A stretch of 64,000 bases of DNA from an uncultured delta proteobacterium (GTDB lineage Bacteria; Myxococcota_A; UBA9160; UBA4427): contig CAWGJT010000009.1 in assembly GCA_963822965.1 (NCBI GenBank), positions 16,020-80,019 of the forward strand. The letters are read 5' to 3'. The position numbers and the translations under genes are program-made. The notes beneath the pieces are model-generated. The model ran no database searches, was not told where the DNA came from, and saw only the letters and a program-made list of their open reading frames with translations. Positions within the stretch are counted from its first letter, which is position 1, and each line of letters opens with the position of its first letter. Below are positions 10,349-21,218 of this stretch, one piece after another.

Positions 10349-11575
10349 CTACGGCGCTTCCGGGACGGCCGCCTGCGGGCCCGCGGGCAGTAGCGCATCG
10401 GCGATCCGCTCCGCCGCCAGGCGATTGCCCGCCGGCGAGAGGTGCATGGCGTCGAGGAAGAGCGGGCCGAGGCGATCCTTCGCGTCGAGGAGCGGCGGCA
10501 GCAGGTCGAGATGGGGGATGCGCTCGGCTTCGAGGAAGCGGACGAGCTCGCGGGTCAGCGGATTGTCCCGCAGCGCGGGGGCGTCGCCGAGCTGGGCGCG
10601 GAAGGGCGCCAGCACCACCGCGAATCCGGCGCCGGCGGCCCGCGCATGCCGATTCGCCTCGCGCAGGATCTGCTCGACGAGTCGCACCTTGTAGTGGCTG
10701 CGGGGCGTCGGGACCAGCAGGCCGCCCCGGCGCGCGAAGTAGGCCGGGCGGGCGTCCCCCGGCTGGAGGAAGTCCAGGGCTGCATACCTCGAAAAGTCGA
10801 CGTCCTGCGCGGCGAGACGCCGGCGGTTGTCCGCCAGGATGCCGTTCCGGCTGGCCTCGCCCGAGCGCGCCTCACCCGAGCGCGCCTGGGCGAACGCCGC
10901 CACCAGGTAGCTGTTGTGCCGCAGCCAGAGGCCCAGGCGTTGCCAGGGCGAGAGCTGGAAGCGATCGAGGCGAAGCGCGCCGCTCTCGCGATCCAGATGG
11001 AAGAGGTTCGCCGGATAGGCGGCGGCGCTGTCGGGGAAGTAGCTGTCCTCCACGTCGTTGGCGAGGGTGAAGACGAGCAGGACGCGATCCGGGTGATAGG
11101 CCAGCACCTCCGCGTCGAGCAGCATCAGCTCCTGCGCCGTCCCGAAGCCGGCGACGCCGAAGTTCAGCACCTCGAGCCCGGGTCGCAAGGCGGCCAGCGC
11201 GTCGCACAGGGTCTCGCCCTGGGGCACGCCGAAGCCCCAGACGAGGCTGTCCCCCAGCACCGCGACCCGGCTCCGGCCCGGCGTTCGCTCGAGGGGCACC
11301 TCGGGCCCGCGCAGGCCGCGGGAGTTCGTCTCGTAGCGGATGCCGCGATAGGTCCCGGAGAATCTCGGCTTGTGGAAGAGCCCCACCTGCGGATGGAAGC
11401 GGTAGAACTGCAGGCCGTCGTCGCCGCTCGCGGGGTCGCGAGACGTGAGGCCGGGATCGCGCCAGGCCAGCAGGGCCTCGGCAGCCGCGACGAGCCCGGC
11501 CACGGCGAGGAGCGCCAGCAACGGCAGCGCGAGGCGGGCGTGCCGCGCGATCCGGGGGCTCACGGCGCGGCGCAC
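10349..11575 (-). CDS. SGNH/GDSL hydrolase family protein
   Basis: N-terminal TM; LGDSL, NFGVAGFGT, NDVED and DAMHLS blocks. Confidence 0.85.
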   Translation of the reverse strand: MRRAVSPRIARHARLALPLLALLAVAGLVAAAEALLAWRDPGLTSRDPASGDDGLQFYRFHPQVGLFHKPRFSGTYRGIRYETNSRGLRGPEVPLERTPGRSRVAVLGDSLVWGFGVPQGETLCDALAALRPGLEVLNFGVAGFGTAQELMLLDAEVLAYHPDRVLLVFTLANDVEDSYFPDSAAAYPANLFHLDRESGALRLDRFQLSPWQRLGLWLRHNSYLVAAFAQARSGEARSGEASRNGILADNRRRLAAQDVDFSRYAALDFLQPGDARPAYFARRGGLLVPTPRSHYKVRLVEQILREANRHARAAGAGFAVVLAPFRAQLGDAPALRDNPLTRELVRFLEAERIPHLDLLPPLLDAKDRLGPLFLDAMHLSPAGNRLAAERIADALLPAGPQAAVPEAP

Positions 11576-11685
11576 CGCGTTCCGCAGCTCATCTGCGGGC
11601 CCGAACCGGGGCCTGTATGCGTGCCGGCTTGTGGATGCGAGACTCCCGCATCGCTTCCGTGTTGGATCTCCCGGGAGATCTGTGA

Positions 11686-12693
11686 ATGGGACTCGTGCAA
11701 CGTAGCATCCGCCACCGCACCGGGATCGCGCTCGCTTGCGCGCTCGCCGTCTGGGCGCCGGCGGCGTCGGCGTCGGCGGCCGACGAGCTCGGGCCGGGCA
11801 CCCACGATCTGCGGGTGCGCGTCGGCGGAGCGGAGCGCAGCTATCTCCTGCACCTGCCTCCCGAGCCCCGCGTCGGCCGTCCCCTGCCGCTGGTGCTCGC
11901 GTTCCACGGGGGCGGCGGTCGCGCCTCGGTCTTCGAGCGCTACGCGGGGCTCGACCCGGTGGCAGACCGCGAACGCTTCGCGGTGGTCTACCCCGACGGC
12001 AGCGGGCGCCTGGGAAGGCGGCTCCTCACCTGGAACGCCGGCGCCTGCTGTGGCTTCGCCATGCGCGAGGGCGTGGACGACGTCGCCTTCGCGCGGGCCC
12101 TGGTGGCGGAGGTCTCGCGGCTCGTGCCGATCGATGCCTCCCGGGTGTACGCGACGGGGCACTCGAACGGGGCCATGATGGCCTACCGCCTGGCCGCCGA
12201 GGCGCCCGAGCTGCTGGCGGCCGTCGCAGCCGTGGGCGGGGTCATGAACCTCGAGGTGTTCGACCCGAGCCAGCCCGTCCCCGTCCTGCACGTCCACAGC
12301 GTCGACGATCCGCGGGCCCTCTATGCGGGCGGCCTCGGGCCGCCCTTCCCGCTCACCCGCCAACGCGTCCTGCACAAGGCCGTCGAGACGGAGCTCGCGC
12401 GCTGGATCGCCCGAAACGGCTGTCCCGAGGATCCCGTGGTGCTCGAAGAGCGTCGGGAAGAGGCGACGGGATTCACCGCGAAGCACCTGCGCTTCGCGCC
12501 CTGTACGAGCGGTGCGGACGTCGAGCTGTGGCGACTCACCGGGGCGGGGCACGGCTGGCCCGGAGGCGACGCCGTGCTTCCCGAGCGCGTGGTGGGCCCG
12601 GATACGAAGGTGATCGACGCGGCGGAGGAGGCGTGGCGCTTCTTCGCACGCTTCGCGCGGGACCGCACCGCGTCGTCGCCGGCGGCGCGCTGA
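11686..12693 (+). CDS. Secreted PHB depolymerase/LpqC-like esterase
   Basis: Signal peptide; FHGGG, WNAGACCG, GHSNGAMM lipase box, GHGWPG. Confidence 0.85.
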   Translation: MGLVQRSIRHRTGIALACALAVWAPAASASAADELGPGTHDLRVRVGGAERSYLLHLPPEPRVGRPLPLVLAFHGGGGRASVFERYAGLDPVADRERFAVVYPDGSGRLGRRLLTWNAGACCGFAMREGVDDVAFARALVAEVSRLVPIDASRVYATGHSNGAMMAYRLAAEAPELLAAVAAVGGVMNLEVFDPSQPVPVLHVHSVDDPRALYAGGLGPPFPLTRQRVLHKAVETELARWIARNGCPEDPVVLEERREEATGFTAKHLRFAPCTSGADVELWRLTGAGHGWPGGDAVLPERVVGPDTKVIDAAEEAWRFFARFARDRTASSPAAR

Positions 12694-12700
12694 GCCGCCG

Positions 12701-13204
12701 TCAGGCCTCGATCTTGCGCATCGCTTCGTCGAGCGCACGGCCGTAGAGCCGATCGACGAGCTCCTGCTGGGCTTCGCTCAGATTGCTGAAGCGGATGCCC
12801 ATGCCCTGCCGATCGCTCCGCATGTCGGCGCCGGCGTTGACGCTCGAGACCTCGCCCGTCAGCTCGTGGGTCTCCCCCGTCTCCTGCACGTGGATTCGCA
12901 GCTTGAACGGCGTGCCGATGGGAAGCGGATACTCGGTGGCGACGAAGACCCCGCCTCGCGAGATGTTGGTCATCAGGCTCTGCTGGAGCTTGCCGTAGGA
13001 TTCGAAGCTCACCCGCAGCTGCGAAGGCACGCGCAGCGAGGCCTGCTTGTCGACGTGCTCGCGACGCAGGTCGGGGTGGAAGTGCTGGGACAGGACGCGC
13101 TTCAGATGGGTCCAGCGCTCGAGCTGCTCGACCGAGAGTCCCCCGTCCTCTCGCAGCCTCTCCAGACGACCGTACTCGCGAAAGATCGGGAGGATGTTTT
13201 CCAT
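12701..13204 (-). CDS. PilZ domain protein
   Basis: LRVP...NISRGGVFV...GMGIRF; the RxxxR motif is degenerate (QASLR). Confidence 0.8.
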   Translation of the reverse strand: MENILPIFREYGRLERLREDGGLSVEQLERWTHLKRVLSQHFHPDLRREHVDKQASLRVPSQLRVSFESYGKLQQSLMTNISRGGVFVATEYPLPIGTPFKLRIHVQETGETHELTGEVSSVNAGADMRSDRQGMGIRFSNLSEAQQELVDRLYGRALDEAMRKIEA

Positions 13205-13264
13205 GAGCGATACATCGGTCGTTCGCCCGCCCCGGTTGAAGCCGCCTGGATGCAGTCCCCATCG

Positions 13265-14047
13265 CTATCGCTGCTGCAGGCAGTCCCGGCACAGGGTGTT
13301 CCGGGACAGCCCCTTCTCGGTCATCCCGACGAAGGCCCGGGAGCCCGGGGGGATGGAGCGGCCGCAGTCCCCGCAATCCTGACGCTGGTTGAGGACCAGC
13401 GGCTGCCAGCCGATCACGTCGGGGAACACGGGACGTTCGCGAGGGGGCTCCGGGCCCCGTTCGGCCTGCTCGTCCTTGCGGATCTCCGCGTCGGCGACGT
13501 CCGCCCAGCTGCGGGACCGCTCGTCGCGGTAGCTGCGGGGTTCGCGATCCGGGCGACGGGAGTCCCGGCGGCGGCGGATGCGGCTGCGCGTCGCCTCCGC
13601 CTCTTCGAGCACGTCCTCGAACAGGTCGCCCACGTCGTCCGAGACGCTCTCCACCACGGTGAAGACCTCCTCCAGCACGTTGCGGACCAGGTTCGAGGTG
13701 GGGACCCGCAGGTCCTCGGCCAGGCGGCGGATGTCCTCGGAGAGCTGCTCCGAGATGCGGGTGTGGAGCACGCGCTCCTTGCGGCCGTGCCTGCGCGCGT
13801 GTCGATGGCGGCGTTCTTCCATGCGTTCTGCCCTCCTGCGCCCGCGGGCGCGATGCCGCTCCTCGCGGCTCGACTCCCTGCCGGCTTCGTCCTCCGGCGG
13901 CCGATCGCCGCGCCGCCCGGCGCAGCCGCCGGGGCCATGAGCCTGGGAATCGCGCTGGTGCTCGTTGTCGGACCCGGCCTCCCTCCCCCTCGGGGGCTCA
14001 GGCTTCGCGGGTCCGTGTTCGGGTCGGTCGGAGTCGGAGTCATTCAT
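13265..14047 (-). CDS. Ribbon-helix-helix DNA-binding protein with C-terminal CxxC/CxxC zinc finger
   Basis: ERVLHTRISEQLSEDIRRLAEDLRVPTSNLVRNVLEE fits the RHH strand-helix-helix pattern; CGDC...CRDC at C-terminus; ATG 14047 chosen from promoter geometry. Confidence 0.65.
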   Translation of the reverse strand: MNDSDSDRPEHGPAKPEPPRGREAGSDNEHQRDSQAHGPGGCAGRRGDRPPEDEAGRESSREERHRARGRRRAERMEERRHRHARRHGRKERVLHTRISEQLSEDIRRLAEDLRVPTSNLVRNVLEEVFTVVESVSDDVGDLFEDVLEEAEATRSRIRRRRDSRRPDREPRSYRDERSRSWADVADAEIRKDEQAERGPEPPRERPVFPDVIGWQPLVLNQRQDCGDCGRSIPPGSRAFVGMTEKGLSRNTLCRDCLQQR

Positions 14048-14082
14048 GTGACACATCGTGACACGTTGTATCACGGTGTCAA
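14048..14082 (-). promoter_or_regulatory. Sigma70-type promoter overlapped by phased operator-like heptamers
   Basis: Minus strand TTGACA (14082-14077), 16 nt, CACGAT (14060-14055), 7 nt, ATG; + strand GTGACAC at 14048 and 14058, GTATCAC at 14068. Confidence 0.6.
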
Positions 14083-14120
14083 CGCAGCAATCTTCCTGCG
14101 GTGCCCGACCCCGGACCGGG

Positions 14121-14438
14121 TCAGTTGAGGCGCCGGCTCCGGCAGTAGCGACCTTCGCGGAAGGCGTCGAAGTACTGGCCCAGCAGGGGGTGCTCGATGG
14201 GCTCCGGGCTCGGATCGAGCTCGAGATGGCGCTCGGCCACGTAGGTGGTGTGCTCGGCCTCGTGGACCAGCACGTGGTACCAGGGACGATCCCGAGGCGG
14301 TCGCGAGCGCGCCACCTCGTGGTACCACTCCTCGGTCCCCTGGTAGCTCGCGTCGACGTCGACGATCACGCCGCGATAGTCGAAGCGCAGGTGATGCACC
14401 AGCTGCCCGATGTCGAACTTCGCCTTGGCCGAGCTCAT
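14121..14438 (-). CDS. hspQ: Heat shock protein HspQ (YccV family)
   Basis: AKFDIGQLVHH...YRGVIVDVD...PWYHVLV...TYVAERHL...HPL, 105 aa. Confidence 0.9.
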   Translation of the reverse strand: MSSAKAKFDIGQLVHHLRFDYRGVIVDVDASYQGTEEWYHEVARSRPPRDRPWYHVLVHEAEHTTYVAERHLELDPSPEPIEHPLLGQYFDAFREGRYCRSRRLN

Positions 14439-14466
14439 ACCGCCACCTGCGCAAGCACCCCGTACC

Positions 14467-14590
14467 CGAACCCGGCCCGCGCGATCATGCGAATCTGGCC
14501 CGCGCGGTCCAAAGCCCGAATCCGGCCCGCGCGATCCAAAGCCCGAATCCGGCCCGCGCGATCATGCGAATCCGGCCCGCGCGATCAAAG
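14467..14590. repeat. Five-copy tandem repeat, core CGAATCCGGCCCGCGCGATC
   Basis: Copies start at 14467, 14490, 14517, 14544 and 14567 (periods 23, 27, 27, 23). Confidence 0.95.
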
Positions 14591-15511
14591 ATACGTCAAC
14601 CAGTCCTCGATACTTCGGCGCCCGGCCGGACACGACGTCGAAGAACGCCGACTGCAGCGCCTCGGTGATGGGCCCCCGCGAGCCGCGTCCCACCGTGCGG
14701 TGGTCCACCTCGCGCACGGGCGTGACCTCCGCCGCGGTGCCCGTCAGGAACAGCTCGTCGGCGATGTAGAGGTCGTCGCGGGTGAGCGGGGTCTCGACGA
14801 CCTCGATGCCCTTGTCGCGGGCGATCCGGATCACCGCGTTTCGCGTGATGCCGTCGAGCACCGTCGGCAGCGGGGGCGTGAAGACGCGACCGCCCCGGAC
14901 GACGAAGAGGTTCTCGCCAGTGGCCTCGGAGACGAGCCCCTGGGTGTCGAGCATGATGGCCTCGTCGTAGCCGTCGAGCAGCGCCTCGCGCTTGGCGAGG
15001 ATGGAGTTCACGTAGTCACCGCAGGTCTTGCCCTTGGTCATCTTGGCGTTGACGTGGTGACGCGCGAAGGTCGACACCTTGGCGCGAATGCCCCGCTGCA
15101 CGCCCTCCTCGCCCAGGTAGCGCGCCCCAGGACCAGGCCATCACGGCGACCCGGATCGGGTTGTTCCCGGGGTTGAGTCCCATCGCGCCAGCCCCGATGA
15201 ACACGAGCGGGCGCACGTAGCCGGCGCGCAGGTGGTTGGCGGGCAGGATCGCGACGATGGCGTCGCGGAGCGGCCTCCTGGGAGAAGGGAATCCGGAGCA
15301 GGTTGATGTGCGCCGAGTCGAAGAGGCGCTGCACGTGGGGGCCGAGCTGGAAGATCGCCGAGCGGCCGTCGGCGGTCTCGTAGCAGCGGATGCCCTCGAA
15401 GACGCCGAGCCCGTAGTGCAGGGTGTGGGTGAGCAGATGGACGTTCGCGTCGGCCCAATCGACCAGCTCGCCGTCGAGCCAGATCTTCTCGCCCGTCACC
15501 GCCTCGGCCAC
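14585..15511 (-). CDS. ilvE: Branched-chain amino acid aminotransferase (frameshifted)
   Basis: [61 protein letters not shown]; C-terminal EDWLTYL* in shifted frame. Confidence 0.93.
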
Positions 15512-15624
15512 CGCAGGCCCCTCTCGTTCTCTCGTCCTCGCGCGTCGATCGGCCGTGGCTCGACCGGGTCCGCGTGGGCGTCGACGTCGCCGGCAAGGCC
15601 GATCCGGGAGGCAGGCGCCCCGCG

Positions 15625-17562
15625 TCAACGCCGCAGGAGCTTCCCGATCAGGCCGAATCCCTTGTCCTTGCGCATGTTGATCAGCCGCAGCTCGCGCATC
15701 GCCTCGACGCAGTCGGGTCGGATCTGCACCGCCCGCGTGAACATGTGCTCCGCCTGGGCCGTGTCTCCGACGACCTTGCAGAGGCGACCGAGGAAGAGGT
15801 AGGGCTTCTCCTGATCTCGCGCCAGCTTCACCGCCCGCCGCATGTGGGCGAGCGCCTCCTGGACGACGGTGGCGTTGTCGGGGTTGCAGAGATAGAGGCT
15901 CCAGGCGTAGTGGGCCAGGTACTCGCCGTCCCGGGGCGAGGCCTCCTTGGCCCTCGAGAAGTGCCCGAGGGCGCGCTCGTAGTCCCGCTGGCGCAGCAGC
16001 GATTCGCCGTGCTGGAACTCGACCTCGGCCTGGACGGCCCGCTCGCTCTGGGCCGTCTTGGCGACGATCTTCTGGCCCTTCTTGCGACCGGCCAGGTACT
16101 CCTTGCGACGCTTGGGATCGCGCAGGGTGTCGTGCGCCCGCGTCAGGAGCTGGAAGACTTCGTCGGCGAGCTGGCGCACCGCCTCGCTGGCGTTGTTGTA
16201 GCGGTCGGGATGGGCCTTCCTCGCGAGCTCGTCGTAGGCGGCGTCGATGGTGCCGTCCGAGGCTTCCTCGGAGACCCCGAGCATCTCGAAGTAGCTGCGA
16301 CCCCGCAGCCGCTCGGCCATGGAGGCGAGGTCGGCGCGCACCCGGCGCTCCTCCTCGGCGGCGCCGCCGGTCGCAGCCCGGGACGATGGCGCGCCGGTCG
16401 CTCCGGACTTCCGGGCCCGGGCCGGAGCCGGGGCCGAGGCCGAGGACGCCTCCCCCTCGAGCTCGAGCAGCTTCGCGGCCGCCAGGCCGTAGAAGGTCCG
16501 TTGCATCGCCTCGTCGTTCCCGGTCAGCTGGCCCAGGGTGTGGGAGCCGTCGAGACCCTCGATCAGGGCCTGCTCGGCGGGGCTCAGGTCCACCTCCTGG
16601 AAGCGGTAGAACGGACTGTCGGCGCGCCGCACCGGACGGTGACCGTTGCGCGCGAAGAAGGCCTGGATGCAGTCGATCGACGTGCCGCGCCGTACGCCGC
16701 TCAGGATGATGTTGGCCGGGCTCGTGGCGAGCGCCAGCGTGTTCCCGCGCTTGAGACGGCTTCCGATCTCCAGCCGGAACGAGCCCCGCTTCCACTCGAA
16801 GATCTCGAACAGCTTGCTCTCGGCCTGGTCCTGCAGGGCCGCCGTGATCTCGTCCTCGCTGATCACGTCCATGGCGACGAGAATCTGTCCCTGCAGACCC
16901 TCGCCCTTCTCCATGCGCGAGAGCGACTCGAGCATCGCCTCGTTGGAGAGCTTGCCGCTCCGCACGAGGTAGTTCCCCAGACACTCGTGGACGAGGTTCG
17001 ACTTGACCGCCACGGGATAGCCGTCCCGAAGCTGGATGGCCTTCTTCTTCTTGCCGCTGGAGATCATCAGCACGCCCGTGGCGCGCAGGCCGTGGAGATG
17101 GTGGAGCAGGTGCGGGAACTCGACCTCGGCGAGGTCTCCCTCGACCTGGGGCCCTTCGCCCCGCTTGCGGTTGCGGGCCCGGGGCGGCGCGGCCTTCACG
17201 TGCTTCTTCACCAGGGCCCGCAGGTCGTCGAGGGCCACGGGCTTCGCGAGCAGCGCCTGGGCGCCGAGCTTCTTGGCCCGCTCCTGGTACTGGGGGGTGA
17301 CGCGACTGGGGCTGGTGAGCAGGACGGGGGTCTGCCCGACGGGTCCGTCGAGCTTCCGGACCGCTTCCAGCACCGCGAATCCGTCGCGGCGGGGGAGCGT
17401 GATGTCGAGCAGGACGAGGTCCGGACGCTCCTCCCGAACGATCTGGAGGGCGTGCTCTCCGTCGTGCGCGGGAAGGGTGCGGTAGCCCTGGTCGCCGAAG
17501 GCTTTTTCGAGGATCTTGAAGAGCTGCCGATCGACGTCGGCGCAGAGAATCGTCGTGGCCAT
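15625..17562 (-). CDS. Response regulator receiver + DUF4388-like + DnaJ + TPR hybrid protein
   Basis: REC ([14 protein letters not shown]); [13 protein letters not shown]...TGVL; J domain YFEMLGV...HPDRY; C-terminal TPRs; AAGGAG RBS before ATG 17562. Confidence 0.85.
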   Translation of the reverse strand: MATTILCADVDRQLFKILEKAFGDQGYRTLPAHDGEHALQIVREERPDLVLLDITLPRRDGFAVLEAVRKLDGPVGQTPVLLTSPSRVTPQYQERAKKLGAQALLAKPVALDDLRALVKKHVKAAPPRARNRKRGEGPQVEGDLAEVEFPHLLHHLHGLRATGVLMISSGKKKKAIQLRDGYPVAVKSNLVHECLGNYLVRSGKLSNEAMLESLSRMEKGEGLQGQILVAMDVISEDEITAALQDQAESKLFEIFEWKRGSFRLEIGSRLKRGNTLALATSPANIILSGVRRGTSIDCIQAFFARNGHRPVRRADSPFYRFQEVDLSPAEQALIEGLDGSHTLGQLTGNDEAMQRTFYGLAAAKLLELEGEASSASAPAPARARKSGATGAPSSRAATGGAAEEERRVRADLASMAERLRGRSYFEMLGVSEEASDGTIDAAYDELARKAHPDRYNNASEAVRQLADEVFQLLTRAHDTLRDPKRRKEYLAGRKKGQKIVAKTAQSERAVQAEVEFQHGESLLRQRDYERALGHFSRAKEASPRDGEYLAHYAWSLYLCNPDNATVVQEALAHMRRAVKLARDQEKPYLFLGRLCKVVGDTAQAEHMFTRAVQIRPDCVEAMRELRLINMRKDKGFGLIGKLLRR

Positions 17563-17631
17563 CGGCGGCACTCCTTCGCCAGGCCGTATCGACCGGACGG
17601 CCGACCCCACTTGAGCCGCGGGTCCAGCGCC

Positions 17632-18703
17632 TCAGCGCGAGCGCGCAGAGCGCCGCCAGGCTCTCCTTGTACGGCGGCCGAGCGACGCCCTGCTCGGTCA
17701 CGATGGCGGTCACGAAGCGTGCGGGCGTGACGTCGAAGGCCGGGTGCCGGGCTCGGCGCCGGGCGGCGCCAGCCGCGACCCGCGAGCTCGAGCACCTCGC
17801 GCGGGCTGCGCTCCTCGATGGGGATCGCGGCGCCGTCGGGCGTGGCGAGATCGACGGTCGGAGGTCGGTGCGGCGACGTAGAAGGGAATGCCGTGCTCGC
17901 GAGCCAGCACCGCCAGCGGATAGGTGCCGATCTTGTTGGCGACGTCGCCGTTGGCGGCGATCCGATCGGCGCCGACGATGACCAGGTCCACCTCGCCGTG
18001 CGCCATCAGGTGGCCCGCCATGCCGTCGGTGACGACGGTCACCGGAATGCCGTCCTGGCAGAGCTCCCAGGCGGTGAGCCGCGAGCCCTGGAGGAAGGGG
18101 CGGGTCTCGTCCGCCAGCACGCGCACCCGCGCGCCCGTGCTCCACCGCCGAGCGCACGACGCCCAGGGCGGTGCCGTGGCCCGCGGTCGCCAGGGCGCCC
18201 GCGTTGCAATGGGTGAGAACCCGGGCGCCGTCGGGTCGGTCGGGCACCAGCTCGAACCCGGCGTCGCCGATCGCCCGGTTCGTCGCGACGTCCTCCGCCA
18301 CGATGCGCAGGGCCTCGTCCACGAGGGCCTGCCGGACCGCCCCGGCGTCGCCCTCGCTGGCGGCGGCGGCGAGCCGGCGACACATGCGATCGAGCGCCCA
18401 GAAGAGATTGACCGCCGTCGGCCGCGTCTTCGCCAGCCGGGCGCACGCCTGCTCGACGTCGCGCACGAGGTCGGGCAGGTCCCGCGCCGGGCTGCGCCGC
18501 GCGGCCAGCGCCACGCCCAGCGCGGCCGCGCAGCCGATGGCCGGTGCGCCCCGCACCACCATGTCCTCGATGGCGCGCGCCACCTCCTCGACGCTGCCGA
18601 GGGTCAGGTAGATCTCCTCGTCGGGCAGGCGGCGCTGATCGAGGAGCACGACGCCGTCCTCGCTCCAGCCCAGGGTGAACCAGCGGTGGGCCTCAGCGCT
18701 CAT
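17632..18703 (-). CDS. mtnA: S-methyl-5-thioribose-1-phosphate isomerase (frameshifted; 3' end approximate)
   Basis: [72 protein letters not shown]. Confidence 0.93.
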
Positions 18704-19694
18704 CCGGCGTGTCTCCTTCCGTTCGGGTCCCGGCGTCGGTCCGGCCCGGACGGCCCGTCTCGCCGCCCCGGGTGAGCTCGCCCCGGAAGCGCTCGACGCG
18801 CAGTGCCACCTCGTCGAGGCGCAGGCGACCCCCGGCGCCGGGCACGATCCGGCCGCCGATGCTCACGCCGCTTCCCGACGCCTGCGTCCCCGCGTCAGCG
18901 TACTCGACGCGGGCGCGCGAGGCGTCGATCTGGAAGCGGCCCGGCTCCTGGCCGTCCCCGTTCGCCGGCAGCCAGGCGACCAGCGCGATGGGACCCTCGA
19001 GCGACAGCGGCGGAATCCGGATGCGAGCGCCCGAGGAGGCCAGCCGCAGAACCGACGGCTCGCCGGCGGACCGCACGAAGCGGCCGTCGTAGGTGCCGGA
19101 GAGCGAAGCCGTTCCGGACCGCCCGCTCTCGAGGAGCGGGGCGAACGCCGCGCTCTCCACGCCCTCGATCGTGACCTCGCCGACGAACCCCTGCGCGTCC
19201 ACCTGCCCGAGAAGATCGATCGTGCCGCCGGTCTCGGGCCGGAGGGCTCCCTGGAGCGACCACCCGGGCGACCCCGCGACTTCCGAGAGCGCGAGCTCCA
19301 GGTCGCCCGCGAGCCCGAAGACCGACGCCGGATCGCGAGCGGGAGCCGGCGGGCCCTCGAGCCGCGCGTCCCCCGTCACCCGGACGCCGCGGATCTTCGG
19401 CCGATCCGCGAGCAGCGACGCCAGCTCGACGTCGATCCGGGTCTCACCCAGCGCCAGGCGCGCGCCGTCCTCCAGCTCCAACACCGGCCGCGGCAGGCGC
19501 AGTCCGCCGGGCCGGAAGCAGACCCGGATCTCGCCCGGCTCGAATCGCACACCGAGCTGGGCGCGCGCGGCTCCGACCAGCGCGTCGCGCAGGGCCGGGC
19601 TCGCCTCGAGCCGCACGCGCAGCAGCAGGGCTGCGCTCGCGACGAGCAGCACCAGCGCCACCAAGACCAGCCCCACGCGAAGCCAGGCCCGCAT
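18693..19694 (-). CDS. Hypothetical AsmA-like protein with N-terminal membrane anchor
   Basis: [15 protein letters not shown]... TM helix followed by beta-rich sequence resembling AsmA N-termini; stop overlaps mtnA start. Confidence 0.45.
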   Translation of the reverse strand: MRAWLRVGLVLVALVLLVASAALLLRVRLEASPALRDALVGAARAQLGVRFEPGEIRVCFRPGGLRLPRPVLELEDGARLALGETRIDVELASLLADRPKIRGVRVTGDARLEGPPAPARDPASVFGLAGDLELALSEVAGSPGWSLQGALRPETGGTIDLLGQVDAQGFVGEVTIEGVESAAFAPLLESGRSGTASLSGTYDGRFVRSAGEPSVLRLASSGARIRIPPLSLEGPIALVAWLPANGDGQEPGRFQIDASRARVEYADAGTQASGSGVSIGGRIVPGAGGRLRLDEVALRVERFRGELTRGGETGRPGRTDAGTRTEGDTPDER

Positions 19695-19704
19695 CGCGCG
19701 TCCC

Positions 19705-21218
19705 TCAGCCGAGCTTCTGCAGCAGCAGCTCGCGAACCCGGGTCGGGATTCGCCTTGCCCCGGGTCTTCTTCATGACCTGGCCCATCAGGAAGTTGATGG
19801 ACTTCTGGTCGCCCTGCCGGAAGCTCGCGACGGCCTCCGGGTTGGCGTCGACCACCTGGCCCACCGCAGTCTCGATCAGGCCCTCGTCCGAGACCGCCTC
19901 CAGGCCCCGCTCGGGCCATCAGCTCCCGGGGTCTCCGCCCCGCTGGCGACGAGCTCCGGCACCAGCTCCTGGGCGCTCTTCACCGTGAGCCGGCCCGCCT
20001 CGACGAGGCCGATCAGGTCGGCGAGAGCGCCGGGGGTGATCCGGGCGTCCTCGACCTCGAGCCCGCGCCTCCTTCAGGGCGCGCAGCAGGTCGCGCAGGA
20101 TCCAGTTGGCGACGGTCTTCGGCTTGTCGCCGCCGGCCTCGGCCCGGGCCGCCACCACCGCCTCGTAGAAGTCGGCGAGCGTCCGGCTGGCCGTCAGGAT
20201 GCGGGCGTCGTGCTGCGACAGGTCGTGCTCCCGTTGCAGACGCGCGCACCGCTCCTCGGGCAGCTCCGGCATGGCGGCTCGGACGGCTTCGATCTGCGCC
20301 CCGGAGATGACGAGGGGGATGAGGTCCGGATCCGGGAAGTAGCGGTAGTCGTCCGAGTTCTCCTTGAGGCGCATCACCCGGGTGGCGCCCCGCACGGGGT
20401 CGAAGGCCATGGTCGCCTGCACGACCCGGCCGCCGGCGTCGAGCACCTCGGCCTGGCGCAGGGCCTCGGCCTCGATGGCCGCCTCGACGTTCGCGAAGGA
20501 GTTGAGGTTCTTGATCTCGGTGCGCGTGCCCAGGGGGTCGCTGCCGCGCGGTCGCAGCGAGACGTTGGCGTCGCAGCGGAACTGCCCCTTCTCCATGATC
20601 GGCGTCGGAGACGCCGATGTACCGCAGGATCGAGCGCAGGGAGCGCAGGTAGGCGCTCGCCTCCGCGGCCGACCGCAGGTCCGGCTCCGACACGATCTCG
20701 AGCAGGGGCACGCCCGGCCCGGTTCAGGTCGACGAGCGAGGCGTCGCGAGCCGGCCAGCGCGGGATCGTGGATCGACTTGCCCGCGTCCTCCTCGAGGTG
20801 GGCGCGGGTGATGCGGATGCGACGGATCTCGCCGGTCTCGCTCTCGACGTCCACGTGGCCGCCGGTGACGACGGGCTCCTCGAACTGCGAGATCTGGTAG
20901 CCCTTCGGCAGGTCCGGATAGAAGTAGTTCTTGCGCGCGAAGACCGAGCGCGGGTTGACGCGGCCGTGCATGGCGAGGCCGAAGCGGATCGCCAGCTCGA
21001 CCGCCCGGGCGTTCAGCACCGGCAGCACGCCCGGCAGGGCGAGATCGATGACGTGGACGTCGTGGTTCGGCGCGTCGCCGTAGCGGACCGGCGCGGGGCT
21101 GAAGAGCTTCGAGGCCGTGGCGCAGGTGCGTGTGCACCTCGAGACCGATCACGATCTCGTAGCGATCCGACCAGGCGTCCGCAGCGCGGGCGCGGCCCGT
21201 GGCCTTCGACGCGCTCAC
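19705..21218 (-). CDS. gatB: Asp/Glu-tRNA amidotransferase subunit B (frameshifted)
   Basis: [67 protein letters not shown]; GTGA overlap with gatA. Confidence 0.95.

Noticed and set aside
14467-14590. Mini-CRISPR, or a coding extension of ilvE to 14562
   Set aside because: Linkers are only 3-7 nt and recur; the conserved ilvE end (DWLTYL*) lies in another frame at 14585
15038-18703. 1221-aa MtnA-IlvE fusion
   Set aside because: Artefact of frameshifts and stop-poor GC-rich DNA; the middle overlaps the real REC/DnaJ gene out of frame
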